Virus record (IMG/VR): IMGVR_UViG_3300007735_000777
Coordinates: 1,912 to 65,911 of that record
DNA from: a virus
Lineage: Duplodnaviria > Caudoviricetes
Length of the DNA: 64,000 nt
Direction: 5' to 3' (one strand)
In this document: positions 52,925 through 61,488 of the stretch, piece by piece
How positions within the stretch are numbered: the stretch's first letter is position 1
How the letters are laid out: every line of letters begins with the position of its first letter
Notes under the pieces: generated by a model
What the model was told of the DNA's origin: nothing
The model's input: only the letters and a program-made list of their open reading frames with translations
Databases searched by the model: none
Program-made: the position numbers and the translations under genes

Positions 52925-53530
52925 ATGGCATACCCCACGGTAAGCGCCCCTTACGGGCTGAAGCCAATCAATGCGATTGGTGGTCGTGTGTACGCTGGTG
53001 CAACTCGTCAATACCAAATCGCCTCTGGCGATTCCACTGGCATTTTTTACGGCGATGCCGTGAAATTGACCAATGCAGGTGTAGTGACGAAAGACACCAT
53101 GACTACAGCGGCCTCTGGTTCTACGATTGGTGTTTTCACCGGCTGTTCTTACGTTAACGCGCAAGGTCAGACCATCTACTCGCAGTATTTCCCTGCGTCA
53201 ACCACTGCCCCCACAGGCACAGTCATCACCGCTTACGTGATTGATGATCCCGATGTCTGCTTCAAGGTAGCTTATGTTTCCAGCGGCACAACTGTCGCCT
53301 TTATCGGTCGTACCGTTATCGGCAACAACTTGGCTCTGGTGCAGAACTCTGGCTCTACCACCACTGGCGACAGTGCTGTGGCAGTTTCCAGCGAAGCAAC
53401 CACAAGTACCCTCCCCATCCGTGTTGTTGATGTTGTCCCCGAGACAGCCAACTCATCTGGGAATTTCTGTGAACTGATTGTCAAGTGGAACTTCGCTATT
53501 CACTTCAATCAAATCGCCACTGGCGTTTAA
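52925..53530 (+). CDS. Capsid decoration/cement protein (putative)
   Basis: APYGLKP..IFYGD..IDDP; directly before the MCP. Confidence 0.65.
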   Translation: MAYPTVSAPYGLKPINAIGGRVYAGATRQYQIASGDSTGIFYGDAVKLTNAGVVTKDTMTTAASGSTIGVFTGCSYVNAQGQTIYSQYFPASTTAPTGTVITAYVIDDPDVCFKVAYVSSGTTVAFIGRTVIGNNLALVQNSGSTTTGDSAVAVSSEATTSTLPIRVVDVVPETANSSGNFCELIVKWNFAIHFNQIATGV

Positions 53531-53540
53531 GGAGCAATAA

Positions 53541-54452
53541 ATGGCTATTTCACGCGCACAACTGCTGAAAGAGTTGCTCCCCGGACTGAACGCATTGTTC
53601 GGTATGGAGTACGCACGCTACGGCGAAGAGCACAAGGAAATCTACGAAACCGAGACTTCCGAGCGTTCATTTGAAGAAGAAACCAAGCTGTCTGGTTTCT
53701 CTGCTGCACCGGTCAAAAACGAGGGTTCTGCCATCGCTTATGACAATGCACAGGAAGCATGGACAACCCGCTACAACCACGAAACCATCGCCTTGGGTTT
53801 CTCAATCACTGAAGAAGCGATTGAAGATAACTTGTACGACAGCTTGTCTGCTCGTTACACCAAGTCTCTGGCTCGTGCAATGGCATACACCAAACAGGTC
53901 AAGGCTGCTGCCGTCCTGAACAACGGCTTCTCCGGCACCTACCCCGGTGGTGATGGCGTGTCTTTGTTCAACGCCAACCACCCCCTGATCTCTGGTGGTG
54001 TCAACAGCAACACTCCTTCCACTCAGGTTGACCTGAACGAGACTTCCTTGGAAGCCGCCGTTATTCAGATCGCCGGTTGGACAGACGAGCGTGGCTTGTT
54101 GATCGCAGCAAAGCCTGTGAAGATGATTGTTCCCCCGAACTTGATGTTCGTCGCCAAGCGTCTGTTGGACACCGAACTCCGTGTGTCTACTGCCGATAAC
54201 GACATCAACGCCATCAAGCAAATGGGCGCAATCCCCGGTGGTTACGCTGTCAACCACTTCTTGACAGACACCAATGCTTGGTTCCTGACTACAGACGTGC
54301 CTAACGGTCTGAAGCACTTCGTTCGTTCTCCGCTGGCTAACAGCATGGACGGCGACTTCGACACCGGCAACGTCCGTTACAAGGCCCGTGAGCGTTACAG
54401 CTTCGGCTGGTCTGACCCATTGGGTATGTGGGGTTCTTCAGGTTCGTCCTGA
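53541..54452 (+). CDS. Major capsid protein
   Basis: MAISRAQLLKELLPGLNALFG...KARERYSFGWSDP; biased codons; followed by a terminator. Confidence 0.9.
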   Translation: MAISRAQLLKELLPGLNALFGMEYARYGEEHKEIYETETSERSFEEETKLSGFSAAPVKNEGSAIAYDNAQEAWTTRYNHETIALGFSITEEAIEDNLYDSLSARYTKSLARAMAYTKQVKAAAVLNNGFSGTYPGGDGVSLFNANHPLISGGVNSNTPSTQVDLNETSLEAAVIQIAGWTDERGLLIAAKPVKMIVPPNLMFVAKRLLDTELRVSTADNDINAIKQMGAIPGGYAVNHFLTDTNAWFLTTDVPNGLKHFVRSPLANSMDGDFDTGNVRYKARERYSFGWSDPLGMWGSSGSS

Positions 54453-54485
54453 TAGCTGGACTGGGAGTTTCCCGGTCGTCCACGG

Positions 54486-54510
54486 AAAGGCTCCTTCGGG
54501 AGCCTTTTTA
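54486..54510 (+). terminator. Intrinsic terminator after the MCP
   Basis: AAAGGCTCC-TTCG-GGAGCC-TTTTT. Confidence 0.9.
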
Positions 54511-54514
54511 TTTG

Positions 54515-54543
54515 TTGCATACCATTTTCTTTTGGTGTATATT
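54515..54543 (+). promoter_or_regulatory. Sigma70-like promoter
   Basis: TTGCAT-17 nt-TATATT. Confidence 0.6.
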
Positions 54544-54552
54544 GCACTCATT

Positions 54553-54627
54553 CCGGGGTTCTCCGGTGTATCAAACAGTCCCGGCTGACGACATGCAGAT
54601 TGATACACCCCAACTTGCATGTAAGGA
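54553..54627 (+). ncRNA. Candidate structured leader RNA (interlocked helices)
   Basis: 54553-58 pairs with 54579-84, 54565-74 with 54600-09, 54591-98 with 54615-22; abuts the SD. Confidence 0.55.
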
Positions 54628-54633
54628 AAAAAC

Positions 54634-55173
54634 ATGGCACGCACTACGTTTCAAGGCCCAGTCCGGTCGCTCAATGGTTTTTACACTCAAGGCCCCGGCG
54701 CTGTTCTGGCAATTACTTCATCTACCACTCTCAGCCCTGCTGTTCATGGTGGTCGCATCCTCACAATCGGTGGTTCACTGGCAGCAAACGTCGTTTTGAC
54801 TTTGCCAACGATTAACGCCTCTTCTGACCCTAGCTCATCCGGCCCCGGCTCAGACCCCAATACCCTGAACAACGAAGGCGTTGTGTACACAATTTGGGTT
54901 CCCACAACCATTTCCACAAGCTCGTTGAAGATTGGTACCGACGGTACTGACAAGTATGTTGGCTCTGTTTTGTCAATCGACACCGACTCTTCAAACGTGA
55001 CTGTTGGCTTTGTCCCCGCAGCATCCAACGACTTCATCAACTTGAACGGTGGAACCACCGGCGGTGTTGCTGGTACTTGGGTTCAGATTGTTGCTGTTGC
55101 TGCGTTGAAATACATGGTTACCGGCACTGTGCTGGGTACAGGCGTTGTAGCTACACCGTTTGCAGATTCCTGA
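54634..55173 (+). CDS. Virion structural protein (head fibre/decoration-like)
   Basis: MARTTFQGPVRS...ATPFADS; Thr/Gly/Ser-rich beta protein. Confidence 0.7.
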   Translation: MARTTFQGPVRSLNGFYTQGPGAVLAITSSTTLSPAVHGGRILTIGGSLAANVVLTLPTINASSDPSSSGPGSDPNTLNNEGVVYTIWVPTTISTSSLKIGTDGTDKYVGSVLSIDTDSSNVTVGFVPAASNDFINLNGGTTGGVAGTWVQIVAVAALKYMVTGTVLGTGVVATPFADS

Positions 55174-55186
55174 TTAGGAGCCAAAC

Positions 55187-55477
55187 ATGGCGATGCAATA
55201 TGACGTTAAGTCAACGCATTTGAACGCATCTGGCTCGATCTTCTCGGGCCGGGCGCGTATCAAAGGCTTCTCCATCTGCGCTACGGCGAGTACTGCCGGT
55301 ACGCTTCAGTTGAAAGATGGCGGTTCCGGTGGAACCGTTATGGTTGAAATTGACATCCCATCCAACTCCAACCCCAATTCGTTCTACGTCTTGGTTCCCG
55401 GAGAAGGTGTTTTGTGTTCAACCAGCATCTATGCAACTATGACAAACATCGCCAGTGTGACGGTGTTTTATGGCTAA
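55187..55477 (+). CDS. Small virion structural protein
   Basis: AGGAG SD; ends PGEGVL..VTVFYG. Confidence 0.7.
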   Translation: MAMQYDVKSTHLNASGSIFSGRARIKGFSICATASTAGTLQLKDGGSGGTVMVEIDIPSNSNPNSFYVLVPGEGVLCSTSIYATMTNIASVTVFYG

Positions 55478-55784
55478 GTCACCCGCATGGCAACGGTCGG
55501 AAGGGAAGAACCCAAATGGCGGCTTGAACGCCAAAGGGCGAGCCTCTGCGAAGAAAGAAGGGCACAACCTGAAACCTCCGCAGCCAGAGGGCGGCAGTCG
55601 CCGCGACTCTTTTTGTGCCCGGATGAAGGGCATGAAAGCGAAACTTACGAGCGCCAAGACCGCAAACGATCCAGATTCGAGGATTAACAAGAGCCTTCGA
55701 GTTTGGAACTGTGCTGATGGCGGGTATGTGTCACAAGCAGATGGTTGCGCTACCAAGGGCAAAACAAAAGGCAGGTTTGTGTAA
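55470..55784 (+). CDS. Small basic protein with RADG-type tail
   Basis: SPAWQR.EGKNP.GGLN...SFCARM; ends ADGCATKGKTKGRFV. Confidence 0.75.
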   Translation: MAKSPAWQRSEGKNPNGGLNAKGRASAKKEGHNLKPPQPEGGSRRDSFCARMKGMKAKLTSAKTANDPDSRINKSLRVWNCADGGYVSQADGCATKGKTKGRFV

Positions 55785-55988
55785 ATGGCTGAACACGATC
55801 ACGAAACAATAAAGCACATCCTTGATGGTGCATCTTTAATCACCGTCATAGGAACGCTTGTGGAATTCTTACCTGCCGTCTCCGCGCTGCTCAGTATTAT
55901 CTGGTTGGCAATCCGCATCTACGAAACTGAAACCGTACAAAAGCTTGTGAACCGCAAGAAAGACGACGATGCCAGCAACAAGCCTTAA
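55785..55988 (+). CDS. Small membrane protein (holin-like)
   Basis: Long hydrophobic segment then IRIYETETVQK. Confidence 0.6.
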   Translation: MAEHDHETIKHILDGASLITVIGTLVEFLPAVSALLSIIWLAIRIYETETVQKLVNRKKDDDASNKP

Positions 55989-56439
55989 ACAAAAGAAATT
56001 CATGGATGCTGCGGCGCACAATCCAGCGTTTGCGCAGCAAGCTGGTATCCCACAAAAAGTAGCACAAGATTTCAGCAAGACCAGTAAGGGAATGAAATTT
56101 GGTGCCCCAAGGTCAGTTGTAACCCGCGCAGACCGTCAGACTATCAACAGCCCCAAAACCAATCAAGGTAAAGGGGAACTTTTTAAGAAAGGTGGAAACA
56201 CTATGGCAACGAAAAAAATGATGGCTTTTGAAAAATCCGGTAAAGATGTTGAAATGAAGGGCGTGAAAGAAGGCTCTAAAGCTGACATGGCTATGGACAA
56301 AAAACAAATGGCTATGAAAAAAGGCGGCGGTGTTAAAAAGATGGCTTCTGGCGGCTCAGCTTCTGCCCGCGCTGATGGTGTTGCTCAACGCGGCAAAACC
56401 AAAGGAAAAATGTTGGCCAAAGGCGGAAAAGCCTGCTAA
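55969..56439 (+). CDS. Lys/Met-rich basic protein with RADG tail
   Basis: KQKKFM.AAAHNP.FA; RADGVAQRGKTKG. Confidence 0.75.
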   Translation: MPATSLKQKKFMDAAAHNPAFAQQAGIPQKVAQDFSKTSKGMKFGAPRSVVTRADRQTINSPKTNQGKGELFKKGGNTMATKKMMAFEKSGKDVEMKGVKEGSKADMAMDKKQMAMKKGGGVKKMASGGSASARADGVAQRGKTKGKMLAKGGKAC

Positions 56440-56448
56440 GGAGTACTC

Positions 56449-56682
56449 ATGATGTACGACGATTTGGAAAAGAACAAAGCGGCCCCTCAAGAGCCTGATG
56501 ACGCATCGGCTGGCCGCAAGTTCAAAAAAGATGAACCCGGTATGCCCGAGCAGCCCGGTCAAGACATTCGTGTTGATGGTAAGCCGGTGAAGCCCGCCAA
56601 GAAGATGGCCGGTGGTGGCTCCGCCTCCAGCCGCGCCGATGGTATCGCTCAACGCGGCAAAACCCGTGGAGTAATGATCTGA
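56449..56682 (+). CDS. Small protein with RADG tail
   Basis: AAGGAG SD; MAGGGSASSRADGIAQRGKTRG. Confidence 0.75.
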   Translation: MMYDDLEKNKAAPQEPDDASAGRKFKKDEPGMPEQPGQDIRVDGKPVKPAKKMAGGGSASSRADGIAQRGKTRGVMI

Positions 56683-56960
56683 TGATGGCTTCTCGCGGCA
56701 TGGGGGCCATCAACCCGTCAAAGATGCCGGGTAAGAAGACGATCACCCGCAAGGATGATCCGAACAAGGTCGCCATGTACGCAGAGGGTGGCAAAGTCAA
56801 TGCCGCTGGTAACTACACCAAGCCTGAACTGCGCAAGCGGATTGTGGCTCAGGTAAAAGCAGCAGCCACCCAAGGCACTGGCGCAGGCCAGTGGTCAGCA
56901 AGGAAAGCGCAGTTGGTGGCCAAGAAGTACAAGGCTGCTGGCGGGGGTTACCGCGATTGA
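56682..56960 (+). CDS. Small basic protein
   Basis: NYTKPELRKR..GQWSARKAQL.AKKYK.AGGGY. Confidence 0.75.
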   Translation: MMASRGMGAINPSKMPGKKTITRKDDPNKVAMYAEGGKVNAAGNYTKPELRKRIVAQVKAAATQGTGAGQWSARKAQLVAKKYKAAGGGYRD

Positions 56961-57190
56961 AAGCGCCGCAGCAATCCCTCAAAGATTGGACGGCCCAGAA
57001 ATGGCGTACCAAGTCTGGCAAGCGGTCGTCTGACACGGGTGAGCGGTATTTGCCAGAGAAGGCAATCAAGGCTTTGAGTTCTGCCGAGTATGCGGCAACG
57101 ACAAGAGCTAAGAGAGCGGGGAAAGCGGTGGGGAAACAGTTTGTAAAGCAACCACCCAAGGTGGCAAAGAAAACAGCGGGGTACAGATAA
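56957..57190 (+). CDS. Small basic protein
   Basis: TTG start coupled to the upstream stop; QSLKDWTAQKWRTKSGK..TGERYLP. Confidence 0.7.
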   Translation: MKAPQQSLKDWTAQKWRTKSGKRSSDTGERYLPEKAIKALSSAEYAATTRAKRAGKAVGKQFVKQPPKVAKKTAGYR

Positions 57191-57363
57191 TGGCTGAGAA
57201 GTGGATTCAGAAGGCGATCAAAAAGCCCGGCGCGTTACGTGCCGAATTGGGCGTGAAGGGCGACAAACCTATTCCCGCCAAAAAGCTGGCCGCAGCCGCC
57301 AAGAAGCCCGGTAAGTTGGGCCAACGTGCGCGTCTGGCCGAAACCCTCAAGAAAATGAAGTGA
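57190..57363 (+). CDS. 57-aa basic protein (below track cut-off)
   Basis: MAEKWIQKAIKKPGALRAELG...RARLAETLKKMK; TAATG coupling. Confidence 0.7.
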   Translation: MAEKWIQKAIKKPGALRAELGVKGDKPIPAKKLAAAAKKPGKLGQRARLAETLKKMK

Positions 57364-57364
57364 C

Positions 57365-58291
57365 ATGGCAAATACTTCCGGTGCAGTCAGTTTTAACCTC
57401 GACCTAGTTGAATTGGTTGAGGAAGCGTATGAACGCGCCGGTAGTGAGTTGCGCACTGGTTACGACCTGAAGACAGCAAGGCGCAGCTTGAACATCATGT
57501 TCGCTGACTGGGCCAACCGTGGTATCAACCTGTGGACGATTGAGCAAGGCACGATTGACTTGGTGCAGGGGCAGAATACCTACCCGCTGCCCAACGACAC
57601 CATCGACCTGTTGGAGCATGTCATTCGCACTGGTGCGAACGTGGCTTCGACTCAGGCTGACCTTACCATCACCCGCATCAGCGTCTCCACCTACGCTACG
57701 ATCCCCAACAAGATTACGCAGGCCCGCCCAATCCAGCTTTGGATTCAACGGTACAACGGCCAGACTTCACCGACAGGACTGGCCCTGAACGGAGCAATCA
57801 CCAGCACCGACACTCAGATCACACTGGACTCCGTGGTTGGCCTACCCGCCGCTGGATTTGTAAAGATTGACAGCGAGATCATCAACTACAGTTACATCGA
57901 GGGCAACGTCCTCTACAACTGCTTCCGCGCCCAGCAGAACACCACAGCAGCCAGCCACACAAGCGGTACAGCCGTTTACTGGCAACAGGTTCCCGCCGTG
58001 ACTGTTTGGCCAACCCCCGACAATGCCCAGACCTATCAGTTGGTGTACTGGCGACTACGCCGCACACAAGACGCTGGTGGTGGTGTGAACATAATGGACG
58101 TACCGTTTCGTTTCATCCCTTGCATGGCCGCTGGCCTGTCGTATTACATCGCTGGGAAGATTCCCACCGGCATGGAGCGCTTGCCTGTGCTGAAGCAGCA
58201 GTACGACGAGGCTTGGGAGTTGGCTGCGTACGAAGATCATGAGAAGGCCGCGCTGCGTTTGGTGCCCCGTCAAACCTACATTGGGAGGTAA
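57365..58291 (+). CDS. Head-tail adaptor/connector protein
   Basis: EEAYERAG..TARRSLN..WANRGINLW; WPTPD; RFIPCMAAGL. Confidence 0.7.
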   Translation: MANTSGAVSFNLDLVELVEEAYERAGSELRTGYDLKTARRSLNIMFADWANRGINLWTIEQGTIDLVQGQNTYPLPNDTIDLLEHVIRTGANVASTQADLTITRISVSTYATIPNKITQARPIQLWIQRYNGQTSPTGLALNGAITSTDTQITLDSVVGLPAAGFVKIDSEIINYSYIEGNVLYNCFRAQQNTTAASHTSGTAVYWQQVPAVTVWPTPDNAQTYQLVYWRLRRTQDAGGGVNIMDVPFRFIPCMAAGLSYYIAGKIPTGMERLPVLKQQYDEAWELAAYEDHEKAALRLVPRQTYIGR

Positions 58292-58293
58292 CC

Positions 58294-58767
58294 ATGCCTA
58301 AAGGTAAACCAGAACGTGGCTTAGACGAACAGCAACTTGAGGGCGGCGGTGCTGGTAGTGGACGGATGACCGTGGCGGAGCGTTGGGCCAAAAGAAGTGA
58401 CCCCAATTTTGATTGGGGGTCTCTAAAAGGCCCAAAAATACCTAAAGAAATCAAAGAAGAACGCGCTGCTAGATTTAAAGCAGAACGAGAAAATTTGATA
58501 AATTTCATGAACACAATCCCAAAAAGTTTGTCTGAAATGGCAGACGCGCAAAAAGCAACGATGACGCCCGGGCAACTAAGCAGGCGTGAACAAGCGAATA
58601 AAAATTTTGCTGAGTTGATGGATAGGAAAAATGCGCGAAAAAATACTCAGCCCGCACCTGAAACCCCCGATGAAACCCCTGACGGTATGAAAAAAGGTGG
58701 CCTGACCGCCTCTCGTCGCGCCGATGGAATCGCTTCTCGTGGTAAGACCAAGGGGAGATTTGTGTAA
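58294..58767 (+). CDS. Variable protein with RADG tail
   Basis: AT-richer body; ends MKKGGLTASRRADGIASRGKTKGRFV. Confidence 0.7.
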   Translation: MPKGKPERGLDEQQLEGGGAGSGRMTVAERWAKRSDPNFDWGSLKGPKIPKEIKEERAARFKAERENLINFMNTIPKSLSEMADAQKATMTPGQLSRREQANKNFAELMDRKNARKNTQPAPETPDETPDGMKKGGLTASRRADGIASRGKTKGRFV

Positions 58768-59192
58768 TGGGTAATCGGTTTGCTTCAGGCAAACACGCAA
58801 TCGCGGAGTGCGACCGCTGTGGGCAACGGTTCAAGCTGAAGGTTTTGAAGACTGAGATCATCAAGACCAAGAAGTATGACTTGCTGGTTTGCCCAGAGTG
58901 CTGGGATCCAGATCACCCGCAGTTGCAGTTGGGCATGTGGCCAGTGGACGACCCACAGGCGCTGAGGAATCCTCGCCCCGACCGTAGCTATGTTTTGTCA
59001 GGAACAAGTGGTTTGCAGATTACACCGACTGGATCGGGTATTGATGGGACAGGAACAGTGGAAGGCGGTAGTCGAATCTTCCAGTGGGGGTGGAATCCGG
59101 TTGGCGGATCAAGGGCAAATGATGCAGCACTGACACCAAATAACTTGGTTTTGGCTGTGGAACTTGGTACAGTAACAGTTGCAACGACATAA
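58767..59192 (+). CDS. Zinc-finger virion-module protein
   Basis: ECDRCG...VCPECWDPDHPQL..DPQALRNPRPD. Confidence 0.75.
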   Translation: MGNRFASGKHAIAECDRCGQRFKLKVLKTEIIKTKKYDLLVCPECWDPDHPQLQLGMWPVDDPQALRNPRPDRSYVLSGTSGLQITPTGSGIDGTGTVEGGSRIFQWGWNPVGGSRANDAALTPNNLVLAVELGTVTVATT

Positions 59193-59202
59193 GGAGTCGA
59201 AC

Positions 59203-59409
59203 ATGGCAGAAAACATGAAATCAGACACAGCCCAAGACAAGGCTATGATTAAAAAAGCTTTCAAGCAGCATGATGCTCAAGAGCATAAAGGTGGCAAGGG
59301 TACATCCTTGAAGCTTGCAAAAGGTGGCAAAACCAACGCCCAGATGCTGAAGTATGGTCGCAACATGGCGAAGGTGATGAACCAACGCAGTTCTGGACGA
59401 GGCAAATAA
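59203..59409 (+). CDS. Small basic protein
   Basis: AAGGAG SD; KQHDAQEH..LAKGG..YGRNMAK. Confidence 0.7.
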   Translation: MAENMKSDTAQDKAMIKKAFKQHDAQEHKGGKGTSLKLAKGGKTNAQMLKYGRNMAKVMNQRSSGRGK

Positions 59410-59410
59410 T

Positions 59411-59602
59411 ATGGCAACCCCTAAAAAAGCCCCCTCAGTAGTTGTTGGTGAGGCCGACAACAAGAAGTATTTGAAAGACATGAATGTGTCTGTTGCAAAT
59501 ACACGTAGCGGCGAATACAAGCCAACCAAGACTGACGGTATCAAAATCCGTGGTACTGGCGCGGCTACCAAAGGCGTAACTGCCCGAGGCCCGATGGCAT
59601 GA
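59411..59602 (+). CDS. Small basic protein
   Basis: Ends GIKIRGTGAATKGVTARGPMA. Confidence 0.7.
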   Translation: MATPKKAPSVVVGEADNKKYLKDMNVSVANTRSGEYKPTKTDGIKIRGTGAATKGVTARGPMA

Positions 59603-60276
59603 ACTACGCACAGCTTGTAATTGCGATTCAGGATTACACGGAGAATAGCTTCAACTATTCGACCGATCCTACGCCTATTGATACCTTCATCAAGCAGGCG
59701 GAGCAGCGCATTTACAACTCTGTGCAGTTCCCGTCCATTCGCAAGAATGTGACCGGCGTGACAACTGCAAGCAACAAGTATTTGTCATGCCCCGGCGACT
59801 TCTTGGCTGTGTATTCAATCGCTGTTGAAACAACTGACGGGCAAGAGTTTCTCTTGAATAAAGATGTGAACTTTATCCGTCAGGCGTACCCCAAGGCGAC
59901 CGACACAGCGACCCCGAAGTATTACGCACTGTTTGGCCCGACAACCACATCAGGCGCAAGCCCTGTGGTGACAAATGAGTTGAGCTTCATCCTTGGCCCA
60001 ACGCCAGATGCTGCATACAACGTCGAGCTTCATTATTACTACTATCCTGAATCAATCGTCACCGCCAGCACGACATGGTTGGGTGACAACTTTGATTCTG
60101 TGTTGTTGTACGGCTCACTGGTTGAGGCGTATACCTACATGAAGGGTGAGGCTGACATCATGGCGTTTTACAACACCAAGTACCAAGAAGCACTTGCGTT
60201 GGCTAAACGTCTGGGTGATGGTATGGAAAAGCAAGACCAATACAGGTCGGGTCAGTTTAGACAGGCGGTGACCTGA
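59599..60276 (+). CDS. Tail adaptor protein
   Basis: MNY..L...IQDYTE, FIKQAEQRI, GPTPD..Y.VELHY, LLYGSLVEA. Confidence 0.75.
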   Translation: MNYAQLVIAIQDYTENSFNYSTDPTPIDTFIKQAEQRIYNSVQFPSIRKNVTGVTTASNKYLSCPGDFLAVYSIAVETTDGQEFLLNKDVNFIRQAYPKATDTATPKYYALFGPTTTSGASPVVTNELSFILGPTPDAAYNVELHYYYYPESIVTASTTWLGDNFDSVLLYGSLVEAYTYMKGEADIMAFYNTKYQEALALAKRLGDGMEKQDQYRSGQFRQAVT

Positions 60277-60698
60277 TGGCTTTCATGGGAAACTTTTCTT
60301 GCAATACGCTGCGCTCGGGGCTGGCAAACGGGTCGATCAATCTGACAACCGACACGTTTTATTTGGCCTTGTACACCAACGCAGCCACGCTTGACGAAAC
60401 AACTACAGCCTACACTGCAACTGGCGAAGCCTCTGGAGGAGACTATGCTGCTGGAGGACAGGTTGTGACTGCAACAGTTTCATCTGAAGCAACATCTTCT
60501 GGCAGTGTTGTTTATGTTTCGTTCTCTTCACCATCGTGGACTGGTCAGATCACCGCTCGCGGAGCATTGATCTACAAGGCTGGAGATAACGGGGCAGTTT
60601 GTGTTCTTGACTTTGGCAACGACAAAACATCCGCCAATACATTCACTGTGACGATGCCTGCGAACACAAGCACATCAGCACTCATCCGACTCGTTTAA
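60276..60698 (+). CDS. Tail structural protein
   Basis: FYLALYT..Y.AGG..TARGALIY..VCVLDFG.DKT. Confidence 0.75.
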   Translation: MAFMGNFSCNTLRSGLANGSINLTTDTFYLALYTNAATLDETTTAYTATGEASGGDYAAGGQVVTATVSSEATSSGSVVYVSFSSPSWTGQITARGALIYKAGDNGAVCVLDFGNDKTSANTFTVTMPANTSTSALIRLV

Positions 60699-60708
60699 GG
60701 AGCATTAA

Positions 60709-61290
60709 ATGTCGAACGTAGAAAAAGCCCAAGCCGCCGATACTATTGGTAGCGCACTTACCCGAACCTTGGAGGCTGGCGAGACAGCGTCTGCCAAGGG
60801 CGTTTATCACATGCAGTGCTTTGACAAAGACGGCAATTTGAAGTGGGAAGCTGAATGCCCCAATCTGGTTGTCAACGGCGGCTTGCAAGACATGAACAAC
60901 AAGTACTTCCTTGGTAGCGCATACACTGCCACTTGGTACATTGGCTTGTACGGCTCTGGTGCAACCAACAATCCCGCAGCAACAGACACCATGTCTTCTC
61001 ATGCAGGTTGGATTGAGGTTGTGCCTTACAGCCAAGCAACCCGTCCGGCTTGTTCATTTGCCACGCCGACCACAGCCAACCCGTCTGTGGCAACCAACTC
61101 AGCTTCACCTGCTGTGTTCAGTATCAACGCAACATCAACGGTTGGCGGTGCATTCCTGACCAGCAACAATACCAAGAGTGGTACGACTGGTACGCTGTAC
61201 TCAGCTTCTGACTTTACTTCGCCGGGTGATCGCTCTGTTGTTTCAGGCGATACGCTCAACGTCACTTACACACTCAGCTTGGCAGGTTAA
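60709..61290 (+). CDS. Tail structural protein
   Basis: NLVVNGG..WYIGL..GTLYSA..GDTLNVTY. Confidence 0.75.
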   Translation: MSNVEKAQAADTIGSALTRTLEAGETASAKGVYHMQCFDKDGNLKWEAECPNLVVNGGLQDMNNKYFLGSAYTATWYIGLYGSGATNNPAATDTMSSHAGWIEVVPYSQATRPACSFATPTTANPSVATNSASPAVFSINATSTVGGAFLTSNNTKSGTTGTLYSASDFTSPGDRSVVSGDTLNVTYTLSLAG

Positions 61291-61292
61291 TC

Positions 61293-61469
61293 ATGGCAAC
61301 ATTTAAAAAAGGCGACGTAGTTCGGCTGACCGGCGTTGTGCCGCTTGGCCCGGTGATCGGCATGCGCATGGATGATGATGGCAACGTGTCCTACCTGATT
61401 GAGTGGACTGACATCGAAGGCCATGTGCAACAGCGTTGGTTCGCTGAAAACGAACTGGCAGCAGTCTAA
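61293..61469 (+). CDS. 58-aa SH3-like small protein (below track cut-off)
   Basis: MATFKKGDVVRL...QRWFAENEL. Confidence 0.65.
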   Translation: MATFKKGDVVRLTGVVPLGPVIGMRMDDDGNVSYLIEWTDIEGHVQQRWFAENELAAV

Positions 61470-61488
61470 TATGAGTGGGGCATGACGA

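Noticed and set aside
54553-54627. HDV-like or hammerhead ribozyme
   Set aside because: No room for the HDV P3/L3 between P2 and P1'. CTGACGA is present but a correctly placed GAAA and hammerhead stems are not evident.
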